From IMG/VR virus record IMGVR_UViG_2939521961_000002: DNA of 47,124 nucleotides. The stretch is one strand, 5' to 3'. The translations under genes and the position numbers were made by a program. The notes below the pieces were generated by a model, which saw nothing but the letters and a program-made list of their open reading frames with translations, searched no databases and had not been told where the DNA came from. Source of the DNA: a virus. Its lineage: Duplodnaviria; Heunggongvirae; Uroviricota; Caudoviricetes. Of the stretch, positions 8,446 to 15,991 are shown piece after piece. Numbering within the stretch: the stretch's first letter is position 1; every line of letters begins with the position of its first letter.

Positions 8446-8985
8446 ATGCAACCACTTCCATACCAACAGACTAGCGGATTTAGCCCGACTGCGGTGATAA
8501 ATCGTTCTCAAACAAAACAGGTGCCAGGCCACGAAAAAATCCGTGATGCCGTCCGCGCCTGGTCGGCTGTAGATAATCAGGATGTCGTTGCCACACTCAT
8601 TGTGAATGAGTATCGGGAGCAGGGCGGCGGCACCATCGATTTCCCTGATGATGTCAGCCGTACACGCCAGAAGCTGTTCCGCTTCCTCGATAACAAATTC
8701 GATTCTGAAAAATACCGAAATAACGTGCGTGAACTGACCCCGGCAATTCTGGCGGTACTACCGCTGGAATATCGCGGTTACCTGGTTGAGCAGGATAGCT
8801 TCATGGCTAGGTTGGCTGAAATGGAAAAGGAACTCAGTGAGGCAAAACAGGCTGTCATTCTCAACGCACCACGCCACCAGAAACTGAAGGAAATTAGTGA
8901 AGGTATTGTGTCGATGTTTCGTGTGGACCCAGAGCTGGCTGGTCCATTGATGGCGATGGTTACTACCATGCTGGGGGCGATATGA
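8446..8985 (+). CDS. Putative CII-like / YdaT-family early regulator
   Basis: 179 aa with strong RBS (AAGGAG); position equivalent to cII between cro and O; family assignment from weak recall only. Confidence 0.35.
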   Translation: MQPLPYQQTSGFSPTAVINRSQTKQVPGHEKIRDAVRAWSAVDNQDVVATLIVNEYREQGGGTIDFPDDVSRTRQKLFRFLDNKFDSEKYRNNVRELTPAILAVLPLEYRGYLVEQDSFMARLAEMEKELSEAKQAVILNAPRHQKLKEISEGIVSMFRVDPELAGPLMAMVTTMLGAI

Positions 8986-9071
8986 CAGGTTCAGAAATGG
9001 CGAAAGCCGGTCTGCTGGAACAGAACCGACTTTCAGGTGCAAATCGTAACACACTCATTGCGGGAGGAATT

Positions 9072-10001
9072 ATGGCAAACACTGCTGAGATATTCAATTT
9101 TCCAGTGCCGGATGCGGCACAAAAGGAGCCGCGCGTGGCAGATCTCGATGATGGTTATACGCGCATTGCAAATGAGTTGCTGGAAGCTGTAATGCTGGCC
9201 GGATTAACACAGCACCAGCTTCTGGTCTTCCTGGCTGTCATGCGCAAAACATATGGCTTTAATAAAAAACTGGACTGGGTGAGCAACGAGCAACTTTCCG
9301 AGTTGACCGGGATATTGCCGCACAAGTGTTCTGCTGCAAAAAGTGTTCTGGTAAAGCGTGGGATTTTTATTCAGAGCGGGCGGAATATCGGCATTAATAA
9401 TGTGGTCAGTGAATGGTCAACATTACCCGAATCAGGTAAGAAAAATAAAGTTTACCTGAAAGAGGTAAATTTACCTGAATCAGGTAAGAAAAGTTTACCC
9501 AAATCAGGTAAAGGCACTTACCCGAATCAGGTAAACACAAAAGACAAACTAACAAAAGACAATATAAAACCTTATTCGTCCGAGAATTCTGGCGAATCCT
9601 CTGACCTGCCAGAAAACGACCTTCCTGTGGTGAAAGCGGATGCTGCGATTCAGAGCGGCAGCAAGTGGGGGACAGCAGAAGACCTGACCGCCGCAGAGTG
9701 GATGTTTGACATGGTGAAGACCATCGCGCCATCAGCCAGAAAACCGAATTTTGCAGGGTGGGCTAACGATATCCGTCTGATGCGTGAACGTGATGGACGT
9801 AACCACCGCGACATGTGTGTACTGTTCCGCTGGGCCTGCCAGGACAACTTCTGGTCCGGTAACGTGCTGAGTCCGGCCAAACTCCGCGACAAGTGGACCC
9901 AGCTCGAAATCAACCGGAACAAGCAACAGGCTGGCGTGACAGTCGGCAAACCAAAACTCGACCTGACAAACACAGACTGGATTTACGGGGTGGATCTATG
10001 A
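9072..10001 (+). CDS. O: Replication initiator O
   Basis: Start at ATG after GGGAGG (MANTAEIFNFPVPD...); N-terminal similarity to lambda O (…VADLDDGY…RKTYG…NK…); iterons embedded mid-gene; stop overlaps P start. Confidence 0.85.
   Translation: MANTAEIFNFPVPDAAQKEPRVADLDDGYTRIANELLEAVMLAGLTQHQLLVFLAVMRKTYGFNKKLDWVSNEQLSELTGILPHKCSAAKSVLVKRGIFIQSGRNIGINNVVSEWSTLPESGKKNKVYLKEVNLPESGKKSLPKSGKGTYPNQVNTKDKLTKDNIKPYSSENSGESSDLPENDLPVVKADAAIQSGSKWGTAEDLTAAEWMFDMVKTIAPSARKPNFAGWANDIRLMRERDGRNHRDMCVLFRWACQDNFWSGNVLSPAKLRDKWTQLEINRNKQQAGVTVGKPKLDLTNTDWIYGVDL
9421..9537. repeat. Replication origin iterons (ori) within O
   Basis: Five ~19-bp palindromic repeats of form TTACC-N8-9-GGTAA (TTACCCGAATCAGGTAAG, TTTACCTGAAAGAGGTAAA, TTTACCTGAATCAGGTAAG, TTTACCCAAATCAGGTAAA, CTTACCCGAATCAGGTAAA) followed by an A-rich tract. 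Confidence 0.7.
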
Positions 10002-10699
10002 AAAACATCGCCGCACAGATGATTAACTTTGACCGTGAGCAGATGCGTCGGATCGCCAACAACATGCCGGAACAGTACGACGAAAAGCCGCAGGTACAGC
10101 AGGTAGCGCAGATAATCAACGGTGTATTCAGCCAGTTACTGGCAACTTTCCCGGCGAGCCTGGCTAATCGTGACCAGAACGAACTGAACGAAATCCGCCG
10201 CCAGTGGGTTCTGGCTTTCCGGGAAAACGGGATCACCACGATGGAACAGGTGAGCGCCGGAATGCGTGTTGCCCGTCGGCAGAATAGACCATTTCTGCCA
10301 TCACCCGGGCAGTTTGTTGCATGGTGCCGGGAAGAAGCATCCGTTAACGCCGGGCTGCCAAACGTCAGCGAGCTGGTTGATATGGTTTACGAGTATTGCC
10401 GGAAGCGTGGCCTGTATCCGGATGCAGAGTCTTATCCGTGGAAATCGAACGCGCATTACTGGTTGGTTACCAACCTGTACCAGAACATGCGGGCCAATGC
10501 GCTGACTGACGCGGAATTACGGCGCAAGGCTGCCGATGAACTGACCTGTATGACAGCGCGAATTAACCGTGGTGAGACGATACCTGAACCAGTAAAACAA
10601 CTTCCTGTTATGGGCGGTAGACCTCTAAATCGTGCACAGGCTCTGGCGAAGATCGCAGAAATCAAAGCTAAGTTTGGGCTGAAAGGAGCAAGTGTATGA
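9998..10699 (+). CDS. P: Replication protein P (DnaB helicase loader)
   Basis: 233 aa from ATG overlapping O stop; matches lambda P from memory (MKNIAAQMINFDREQMRRIANNMPEQYDEKPQVQQ...KFGLKGASV). Confidence 0.95.
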   Translation: MKNIAAQMINFDREQMRRIANNMPEQYDEKPQVQQVAQIINGVFSQLLATFPASLANRDQNELNEIRRQWVLAFRENGITTMEQVSAGMRVARRQNRPFLPSPGQFVAWCREEASVNAGLPNVSELVDMVYEYCRKRGLYPDAESYPWKSNAHYWLVTNLYQNMRANALTDAELRRKAADELTCMTARINRGETIPEPVKQLPVMGGRPLNRAQALAKIAEIKAKFGLKGASV

Positions 10700-10880
10700 C
10701 GGGCAAAGAAAGATTCTTCGTTACTTGAAGAAATACAGTGTTTATTGTTCTTTTGAGATGTTGCGAAAACAGGAATTACCACGGTAAACATTTTGTAGCT
10801 GACCCATGCATTGATGAAATATTGTGGGTATTTAATAGAGCATAATTATCAAGTTGCGTAAGATGTGGAGTAATGGTATG

Positions 10881-10898
10881 GGCGGTGTTAGCACCGCC
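10881..10898. terminator. Hairpin between P operon and reverse orphan gene
   Basis: GGCGGTG-TTAG-CACCGCC perfect 7-bp stem followed by TTTAATT on the plus strand; weak T-run. Confidence 0.3.
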
Positions 10899-10903
10899 TT
10901 TAA

Positions 10904-11251
10904 TTAAAGCTCAGAAAGCTGTGATAATATTTTTTCTGGAGTGGTTTCGTTGGAAATGCTAAATAATACAGCACCTTTGACTGATTCATCTCTCATTTCA
11001 ATTTCACATGAATTATGGTTGTATGAGATTGCATAATTTTTTAATGTTCTTTCGCTTTGCCACCACACCATATTTGCAAGACTTCCGTTATACGTTCTTA
11101 TCTCGATTGATCCGGGCAGGGCTTTCCAGATAACACCTCCTAGCAATGTAAGAGCGGCTGCACCAACATTTTTTGCATGATGGTTAGAACGTTCCATTAC
11201 CCCTTCAGCATAACGATGAAGAATCTCTATGTCAGTCGCTTTGATAGTCAT
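10904..11251 (-). CDS. Hypothetical orphan protein (115 aa) in AT-rich island
   Basis: Reverse-oriented relative to replication genes; about 30% GC on hand count; candidate extended -10 (TGcTATATT) about 50 nt upstream on the minus strand; no family recognised. Confidence 0.5.
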   Translation of the reverse strand: MTIKATDIEILHRYAEGVMERSNHHAKNVGAAALTLLGGVIWKALPGSIEIRTYNGSLANMVWWQSERTLKNYAISYNHNSCEIEMRDESVKGAVLFSISNETTPEKILSQLSEL

Positions 11252-11480
11252 GTTATTTCCATGTAATTGCTGTGTGAAACGTAGTGTTAGTTAGGTGTTA
11301 GCAGAATATAGCATCAAAGTCGAAACCGGTAGAAAAAATATTGGTGATTATTTCGCTGCATTTGGAACTGGAACAACAATGATTATTAGCATGATTGCTT
11401 TTTCCAGTCATAAGAATGAGTCGTGTTAATTTTTTCTATTCAATAGGAAATTATCATGTCATCAGAATATGAACAACTAC

Positions 11481-11572
11481 GGTGACTTCTGCGCTAAACG
11501 GGGACGTTTATGCGCACATACAATCCAAACTCTCTTCTCCCTCCACAGATGCAGAAATACACCTGCGATTTT
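11481..11572 (+). repeat. 92-bp direct repeat, copy 1 (5' part of a small ORF)
   Basis: GGTGACTTCTGCGCTAAACGGGGACGTTTATGCGCACATACAATC...CACCTGCGATTTT; about 5 mismatches with copy 2 at 13803..13894. Confidence 0.85.
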
Positions 11573-11650
11573 TTGCATTCGGTGTTTTTGGCAGCCAAGA
11601 ACAGGGAGTCTCTGTTTGTCTGGCGGCTAAAGGTGATATGGAAATCGTGA
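11510..11650 (+). CDS. Small ORF (46 aa) initiated inside repeat copy 1
   Basis: ATG 6 nt after [26 protein letters not shown]...; N-terminal 21 codons shared with the small ORF at 13832. Confidence 0.3.
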   Translation: MRTYNPNSLLPPQMQKYTCDFLHSVFLAAKNRESLFVWRLKVIWKS

Positions 11651-11729
11651 TGTCTTAGCCTAAAGTAGTTGCAACAGTTGGAGCGATTATGGTGGTAGTA
11701 GTGATCATCGCGCCCCCCATATGCAAGGG

Positions 11730-11759
11730 TTGACGACATTATTTATCCGGCGCTATATT
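11730..11759 (+). promoter_or_regulatory. Putative sigma70 promoter upstream of the Bro-N gene
   Basis: TTGACG (11730..11735), 17-18 nt spacer, CTATAT/TATATT (11753..11759). Confidence 0.4.
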
Positions 11760-11819
11760 CTGTGCGTTGCCGCAAAATCGGCACACGGGATTGGCGTCCC
11801 GGACATCAAAACGACGCAT

Positions 11820-11840
11820 AACCGCGTTCGCGGTTTTTTT
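11820..11840 (+). terminator. Hairpin plus T7 run in the leader (possible attenuator)
   Basis: AACCGC-GTTC-GCGGTT followed by TTTTTTT, about 55 nt downstream of the putative promoter and upstream of the Bro-N start. Confidence 0.35.
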
Positions 11841-12003
11841 ATGCGCAGTGCACGTCTACACAAAAATTATGGTGGGCTGTGTGAGGGCTTCTTCGGAAGC
11901 GCCGGATTTCGTTTTGACCGGTTACGCCAACCTTGCACAGTCCACCACCAGTCGATTGGCGTCGTCGGTGGTGATAGCTCAAATTCAAAACGAGATTATC
12001 GCT

Positions 12004-12612
12004 ATGGTCACTCAGCTCGCATTCCGCGATGTAAAATTCACTCCTATAAATCACAACAACCAGATCTGGTTTACCAGCAAAGAATTGGCGGCAGCATTAA
12101 AATATGCCAGCACCAAAGCAGTAACCGACATCTACAACAAAAATATTGATGAGTTTACTGACGGAATGTCTCAGGTCGTCGAATCAACGACCTCAGGAAA
12201 TTATCGTAAGAAGACTCGCATTTTCTCCCTCCGTGGCGCCCATCTGATCGCCATGTTCGCCCGCACTCCTGTGGCCAAAGAATTCCGCCGCTGGGTGCTG
12301 GATATTCTCGATCGAGAAATTCAACAATCCCCAATCACAAAACAATTCACTGATAACGAACTTTGCACACTTGCTTGGTTATGGCGGGCAAGTGACACAA
12401 TGTTAACCGCTTGCCAAAACGTCACTCCGCTTCTTCAGGTAGCAGAACACCGCGAAGCCGGTCGCTTCACTTCAATCGAACAAGAATATCCCCGGATACT
12501 CAATAAGGCACAGGCAATCCTTGCCAGAGAAACGGCACATGTAAAATTCCGGCCGTGGCAGGATGATAAGTGGAGTCGAGTATTGACGCATTTACGTTCT
12601 GAACGGCTGTAA
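12004..12612 (+). CDS. Bro-N domain protein (antirepressor-like)
   Basis: N-terminus MVTQLAFRDVKFTPINHNNQIWFTSKELAAALKYASTKAVTD...RIFSLRGAHLIAMFARTPVAKEFRRWVLDIL fits the Bro-N pattern; start uncertain (in-frame ORF extends to 11767). Confidence 0.6.
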   Translation: MVTQLAFRDVKFTPINHNNQIWFTSKELAAALKYASTKAVTDIYNKNIDEFTDGMSQVVESTTSGNYRKKTRIFSLRGAHLIAMFARTPVAKEFRRWVLDILDREIQQSPITKQFTDNELCTLAWLWRASDTMLTACQNVTPLLQVAEHREAGRFTSIEQEYPRILNKAQAILARETAHVKFRPWQDDKWSRVLTHLRSERL

Positions 12613-12911
12613 TAAAGTTGCGGGAGAGAAATGCCGCTAGTATTTTGTAATTAATTGAATGCTGACGGTTTAATGAGAAGTCAAGAACACTACTTGTACT
12701 ATAATCGTTCGATGTTAGTGAGGGTTTGATGCAAAAAATGAAGTGATTGACCCTAAATTTGCGCGATCAGCGACAGATTGTACACCGAGATCCTGTGGGC
12801 TGGAATTTGCAGAGAAATACCGAAAATGATATCCAATATTGTTTTCAGTTCCTACATCATACCTGATAAGGGTATAATCATAAAAATTAGGATAATTCAA
12901 GTTATAATTGT

Positions 12912-13328
12912 ATGAATAAAAACGACCTTGAAGCATTATCTGACACTAGGCTTAATGAGGCCAAATGCTTGCTTGATCATGGCTTTTTTCATGGTGCATA
13001 TTATCTTTGTGGGTATGCAGTTGAATGTGCATTGAAGGCCTGTATTGCCAAGTCATTTTTACAACATGAGTTTCCAAACAAAAAAGTCGTAAATGATTCA
13101 TATACTCATGATTTGTCGCAACTTCTCAAAATTGCCAACTTACATCAAATTTTGATTGCTGACGCAAAAAATGATGTTTCGTTGGAGATTAACTGGTCGG
13201 TCGTTAAAGACTGGAGCGAGCAATTTAGATACGACAATAACATAAGTAAAGCTATGGCCGAACAATTGTTTGATGCTGTAGGTGACCAAAATTCTGGAGT
13301 TTTGAAATGGGTAAAAGCACACTGGTAA
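12912..13328 (+). CDS. HEPN-like domain protein (138 aa)
   Basis: Helix GAYYLCGYAVECALKACIAK plus THDLSQLL and FRYDNN resemble conserved HEPN helices; about 32-37% GC; stop overlaps the next ORF. Confidence 0.5.
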   Translation: MNKNDLEALSDTRLNEAKCLLDHGFFHGAYYLCGYAVECALKACIAKSFLQHEFPNKKVVNDSYTHDLSQLLKIANLHQILIADAKNDVSLEINWSVVKDWSEQFRYDNNISKAMAEQLFDAVGDQNSGVLKWVKAHW

Positions 13329-13708
13329 TCGGCAGAGAGTTGACAAAAGATATGGAATTCTCAGGTCAATTTTTGTTAAAAAAACTCAAGTTACAGAATT
13401 TAACTATTGATGCTGCAATGTGGTTTTATTACCCAGATCTATCTTGGAGATATATTTTAGTTATCAGTGACTTCTCAGAACGTGGGCCGGCAGAAATATA
13501 TAGAAAAATCAGTGAGATAAATAGAAATAGCATATCAAAAAAGTATAAGCCGATACCATTAGAAGCAATTGAGGCTAAGGGGGATTCAGCTTTTGTTTAT
13601 AAAATGTTAAAAGGATTTGCTAGAGTCAACGATGGTAAAGTTCGCGTTTCTAATTCTATGGTAAATGGTTTAGAAATCGTTGACTGTCTGATCTATGAGT
13701 TAAAATAA
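13307..13708 (+). CDS. Hypothetical protein (133 aa) translationally coupled to the HEPN-like gene
   Basis: ATG 8 nt after GGAG, overlapping the upstream ORF by 22 nt; no nucleotidyltransferase GS/DxD motif seen; no family recognised. Confidence 0.5.
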   Translation: MGKSTLVIGRELTKDMEFSGQFLLKKLKLQNLTIDAAMWFYYPDLSWRYILVISDFSERGPAEIYRKISEINRNSISKKYKPIPLEAIEAKGDSAFVYKMLKGFARVNDGKVRVSNSMVNGLEIVDCLIYELK

Positions 13709-13802
13709 GAAATCTCTTGCTGGGTATCATTATTGTTTAAATGACTTTTGATTTTCAATAATCAACTTGTCATAATTAAGTCACCGGAGTTTGAACTCCT
13801 CC

Positions 13803-13894
13803 GGTGACTTCTGCGCTAAACGGGGACGTTTATGCGCACATACAATCTAAACTATCTTCTCCCGTCACAGATGCAGAAATGCACCTGCGATTTT
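13803..13894 (+). repeat. 92-bp direct repeat, copy 2 (5' part of the small ORF preceding ybcN/ninB)
   Basis: Matches 11481..11572 with about 5 mismatches; preceded by a 10-bp-stem hairpin whose 3' arm lies inside the repeat. Confidence 0.85.
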
Positions 13895-13933
13895 CTTTAT
13901 CCAGCGTTTGACCTCTGCGGAGGTGAAGCGTGA
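13832..13933 (+). CDS. Small ORF (33 aa) coupled to ybcN/ninB
   Basis: ATG after GGGGA; stop TGA overlaps the GTG start of the next gene (GTGA). Confidence 0.3.
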   Translation: MRTYNLNYLLPSQMQKCTCDFLYPAFDLCGGEA

Positions 13934-14385
13934 ACCTCCCACAAGACGGCATCAAACTGCATCGCGGTAACTTCACCGCTATCGGTCAGCAGCTCCAGCC
14001 TTATTTGGAAGACGGCAAGTGCTTTCGCATGGTGCTTAAACCGTGGCGCGAGAGACGCAGTCTTTCCCAGAATGCACTTAGCCACATGTGGTACAGCGAA
14101 ATCAGTGAATACCTTATCCGCAGGGGGAAATCGTTCGCTACCGCAGCATGGGTAAAAGATGCTCTCAAACACACATACCTCGGTTATGAAACCAAGGACC
14201 TGGTTGATGTCGTAACCGGTGAAATCACTACTATCCAGTCGTTACGCCATACCTCCGATCTTGATACCGGAGAGATGTATGTCTTCCTGTGTAAGGTTGA
14301 AGCCTGGGCGATGAATATTGGCTGCCACCTGACTATTCCGCAGAGCTGCGAGTTCCAGCTGCTGCGCGACAAGCAGGAGGCGTAA
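13930..14385 (+). CDS. ybcN: NinB-family protein (DLP12 YbcN-like)
   Basis: 151 aa, GTG start after [20 protein letters not shown] motif resembles the NinB S-L-x-Q-N region; position and size match DLP12 ybcN. Confidence 0.65.
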   Translation: MNLPQDGIKLHRGNFTAIGQQLQPYLEDGKCFRMVLKPWRERRSLSQNALSHMWYSEISEYLIRRGKSFATAAWVKDALKHTYLGYETKDLVDVVTGEITTIQSLRHTSDLDTGEMYVFLCKVEAWAMNIGCHLTIPQSCEFQLLRDKQEA

Positions 14386-14555
14386 TGGCTACACCGCTTA
14401 TTCGTGTCATGAACGGACACATCTACAGAGTACCAAATCGTCGTAAGCGTAAGCCTGAGCTAAAACCATCCGAAATACCAACACTGCTCGGATATACCGC
14501 CAGCCTGGTTGATAAAAAATGGTTGCGACTGGCAGCAAGGAGGAATCATGGCTGA
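14385..14555 (+). CDS. ninE: NinE-family small protein
   Basis: 56 aa ([29 protein letters not shown]...); ATG overlaps upstream stop (TAATG); basic, NinE-like. Confidence 0.55.
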   Translation: MATPLIRVMNGHIYRVPNRRKRKPELKPSEIPTLLGYTASLVDKKWLRLAARRNHG

Positions 14556-14838
14556 TTTGAGAAAAGCAGCGCGTGGTCGCGAATGCCAGGTAAGAATCCC
14601 TGGCGTATGCAATGGCAACCCTGAAACGTCTGTACTGGCACATATCCGGCTGGCTGGACTGTGTGGCACCGGTATTAAACCGCCAGACCTTATTGCCACC
14701 ATTGCCTGTTCTGCCTGTCACGACGAAATCGACCGCCGCACGCATTTTGTCGATGCTGAGTACGCAAAAGAATGCGCGCTGGAAGGTATGGCGAGAACGC
14801 AGGTTATCTGGCTGAAAGAGGGGGTAATCAAGGCGTGA
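14548..14838 (+). CDS. ybcO: DLP12-type YbcO (DUF1364, putative nuclease)
   Basis: 96 aa from ATG after AGGAGG ([35 protein letters not shown]...); cysteine-rich; matches DLP12 YbcO from memory. Confidence 0.75.
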   Translation: MADLRKAARGRECQVRIPGVCNGNPETSVLAHIRLAGLCGTGIKPPDLIATIACSACHDEIDRRTHFVDAEYAKECALEGMARTQVIWLKEGVIKA

Positions 14839-15197
14839 ATACCTACAGCATCACATTACCCTGGCCTCCGAGCAATAATCGCTATTACCGCCATAATCGC
14901 GGGCGCACGCACGTCAGCGCAGAGGGGCAGGCATACCGCGATAACGTCGCCCGAATCATTAAAAACGCAATGCTGGATATCGGCTTGGCTATGCCTGTGA
15001 AAATCCGCATTGAGTGCCACATGCCGGATCGCCGTCGCCGTGACCTGGATAATCTGCAAAAAGCCGCTTTTGACGCACTCACTAAAGCAGGTTTCTGGCT
15101 GGATGATGCTCAGGTCGTTGATTACCGCGTTGTGAAGATGCCTGTTACCAAAGGTGGGAGGCTGGAACTGACCATCACCGAAATGGGGAATGAATGA
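14835..15197 (+). CDS. rusA: Holliday junction resolvase RusA
   Basis: 120 aa, GTG start overlapping ybcO stop ([36 protein letters not shown]...TITEMGNE) matches RusA. Confidence 0.9.
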   Translation: MNTYSITLPWPPSNNRYYRHNRGRTHVSAEGQAYRDNVARIIKNAMLDIGLAMPVKIRIECHMPDRRRRDLDNLQKAAFDALTKAGFWLDDAQVVDYRVVKMPVTKGGRLELTITEMGNE

Positions 15198-15334
15198 TGT
15201 TTGAGTTTTATATGGCAGAACGTCTTCGCCACCGCTGGGGGCGTCTGCGCTTATATCGTTTCCCCGGTTCTGTTTTGACCGATTACCGAATACTGAAGAA
15301 TTACGCCAAAACCCTGACAGGAGCAGGAGTATGA
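15194..15334 (+). CDS. ylcG: DLP12-type small protein YlcG
   Basis: 46 aa [26 protein letters not shown]...; overlaps rusA stop. Confidence 0.55.
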   Translation: MMFEFYMAERLRHRWGRLRLYRFPGSVLTDYRILKNYAKTLTGAGV

Positions 15335-15419
15335 AGTCAGAGATAACAATCAACTAATACTGTTTCGTTGATTTTTGCTTGTAATTGGCGTTCTGGTCTG
15401 ATTTTTGTGGAGTAAGTTG

Positions 15420-15803
15420 ATGCGTGATATTCAGATGGTTCTTGAGCGTTGGGGAGCGTGGGCGGCTAATAATCATGAAGATGTGACCTGGTCGTCCATT
15501 GCCGCCGGTTTTAAGGGATTAATTACTTCAAAAGTAAAATCTCGCCCGCAATGTTGTGACGATGACGCGATGATCATTTGCGGGTGCATGGCCCGTCTGA
15601 AAAAGAACAACAGCGATTTGCACGATTTATTAGTAGATTATTATGTAGTCGGTATGACATTCATGTCACTGGCAGGTAAGCATTGCTGCTCTGATGGTTA
15701 TATCGGGAAAAGGTTACAGAAGGCTGAGGGCATAATTGAAGGGATGTTAATGGCATTAGATATCCGGTTAGAGATGGATATCGTTGTTAATAACTCTAAT
15801 TAA
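15420..15803 (+). CDS. quuD: Late antiterminator Q (QuuD / phage-82-type)
   Basis: 127 aa [26 protein letters not shown]...; cysteine-rich zinc-binding region; matches DLP12 QuuD from memory. Confidence 0.85.
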   Translation: MRDIQMVLERWGAWAANNHEDVTWSSIAAGFKGLITSKVKSRPQCCDDDAMIICGCMARLKKNNSDLHDLLVDYYVVGMTFMSLAGKHCCSDGYIGKRLQKAEGIIEGMLMALDIRLEMDIVVNNSN

Positions 15804-15991
15804 TATGCCAATTGTTTACTAAAAATTATTAAGAATGGGGCGTTGAAACGCCCCCAAAAATAAAGGGTAATATATAACAGAAGGTTTATATAGTTAGAAG
15901 CAAGGTTGTGCTTCTAAAGGAAGTGGCTTGAGGGAGCCACTTATATGTTGGGGAGGCAAAGCCTCCCACAACATATGTTTTAGTAATCAAA
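15804..15991. promoter_or_regulatory. Q-downstream region with multiple hairpins (late promoter/qut candidates; nmpC 3' end)
   Basis: Hairpins GGGGCG-TTGAAA-CGCCCC, GAAGCA...TGCTTC, AAGTGGCT...AGCCACTT, GGGAGGC-AAA-GCCTCCC; exact pR' not assigned. Confidence 0.3.

Noticed and set aside
9421-9537. Possible CRISPR array
   Set aside because: The repeats are palindromic iterons with 4-8 nt spacers and no unique spacers, inside the O coding sequence; this is a replication origin.
11721-12149. 142-aa plus-strand ORF
   Set aside because: Overlaps the Bro-N gene in another frame and spans the leader hairpin-terminator; the Bro-N frame has recognisable domain signatures.
12715-12936. 73-aa minus-strand ORF
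   Set aside because: Low-complexity Tyr/Asn-rich translation in the AT-rich spacer; antisense to the promoter region of the HEPN-like gene.
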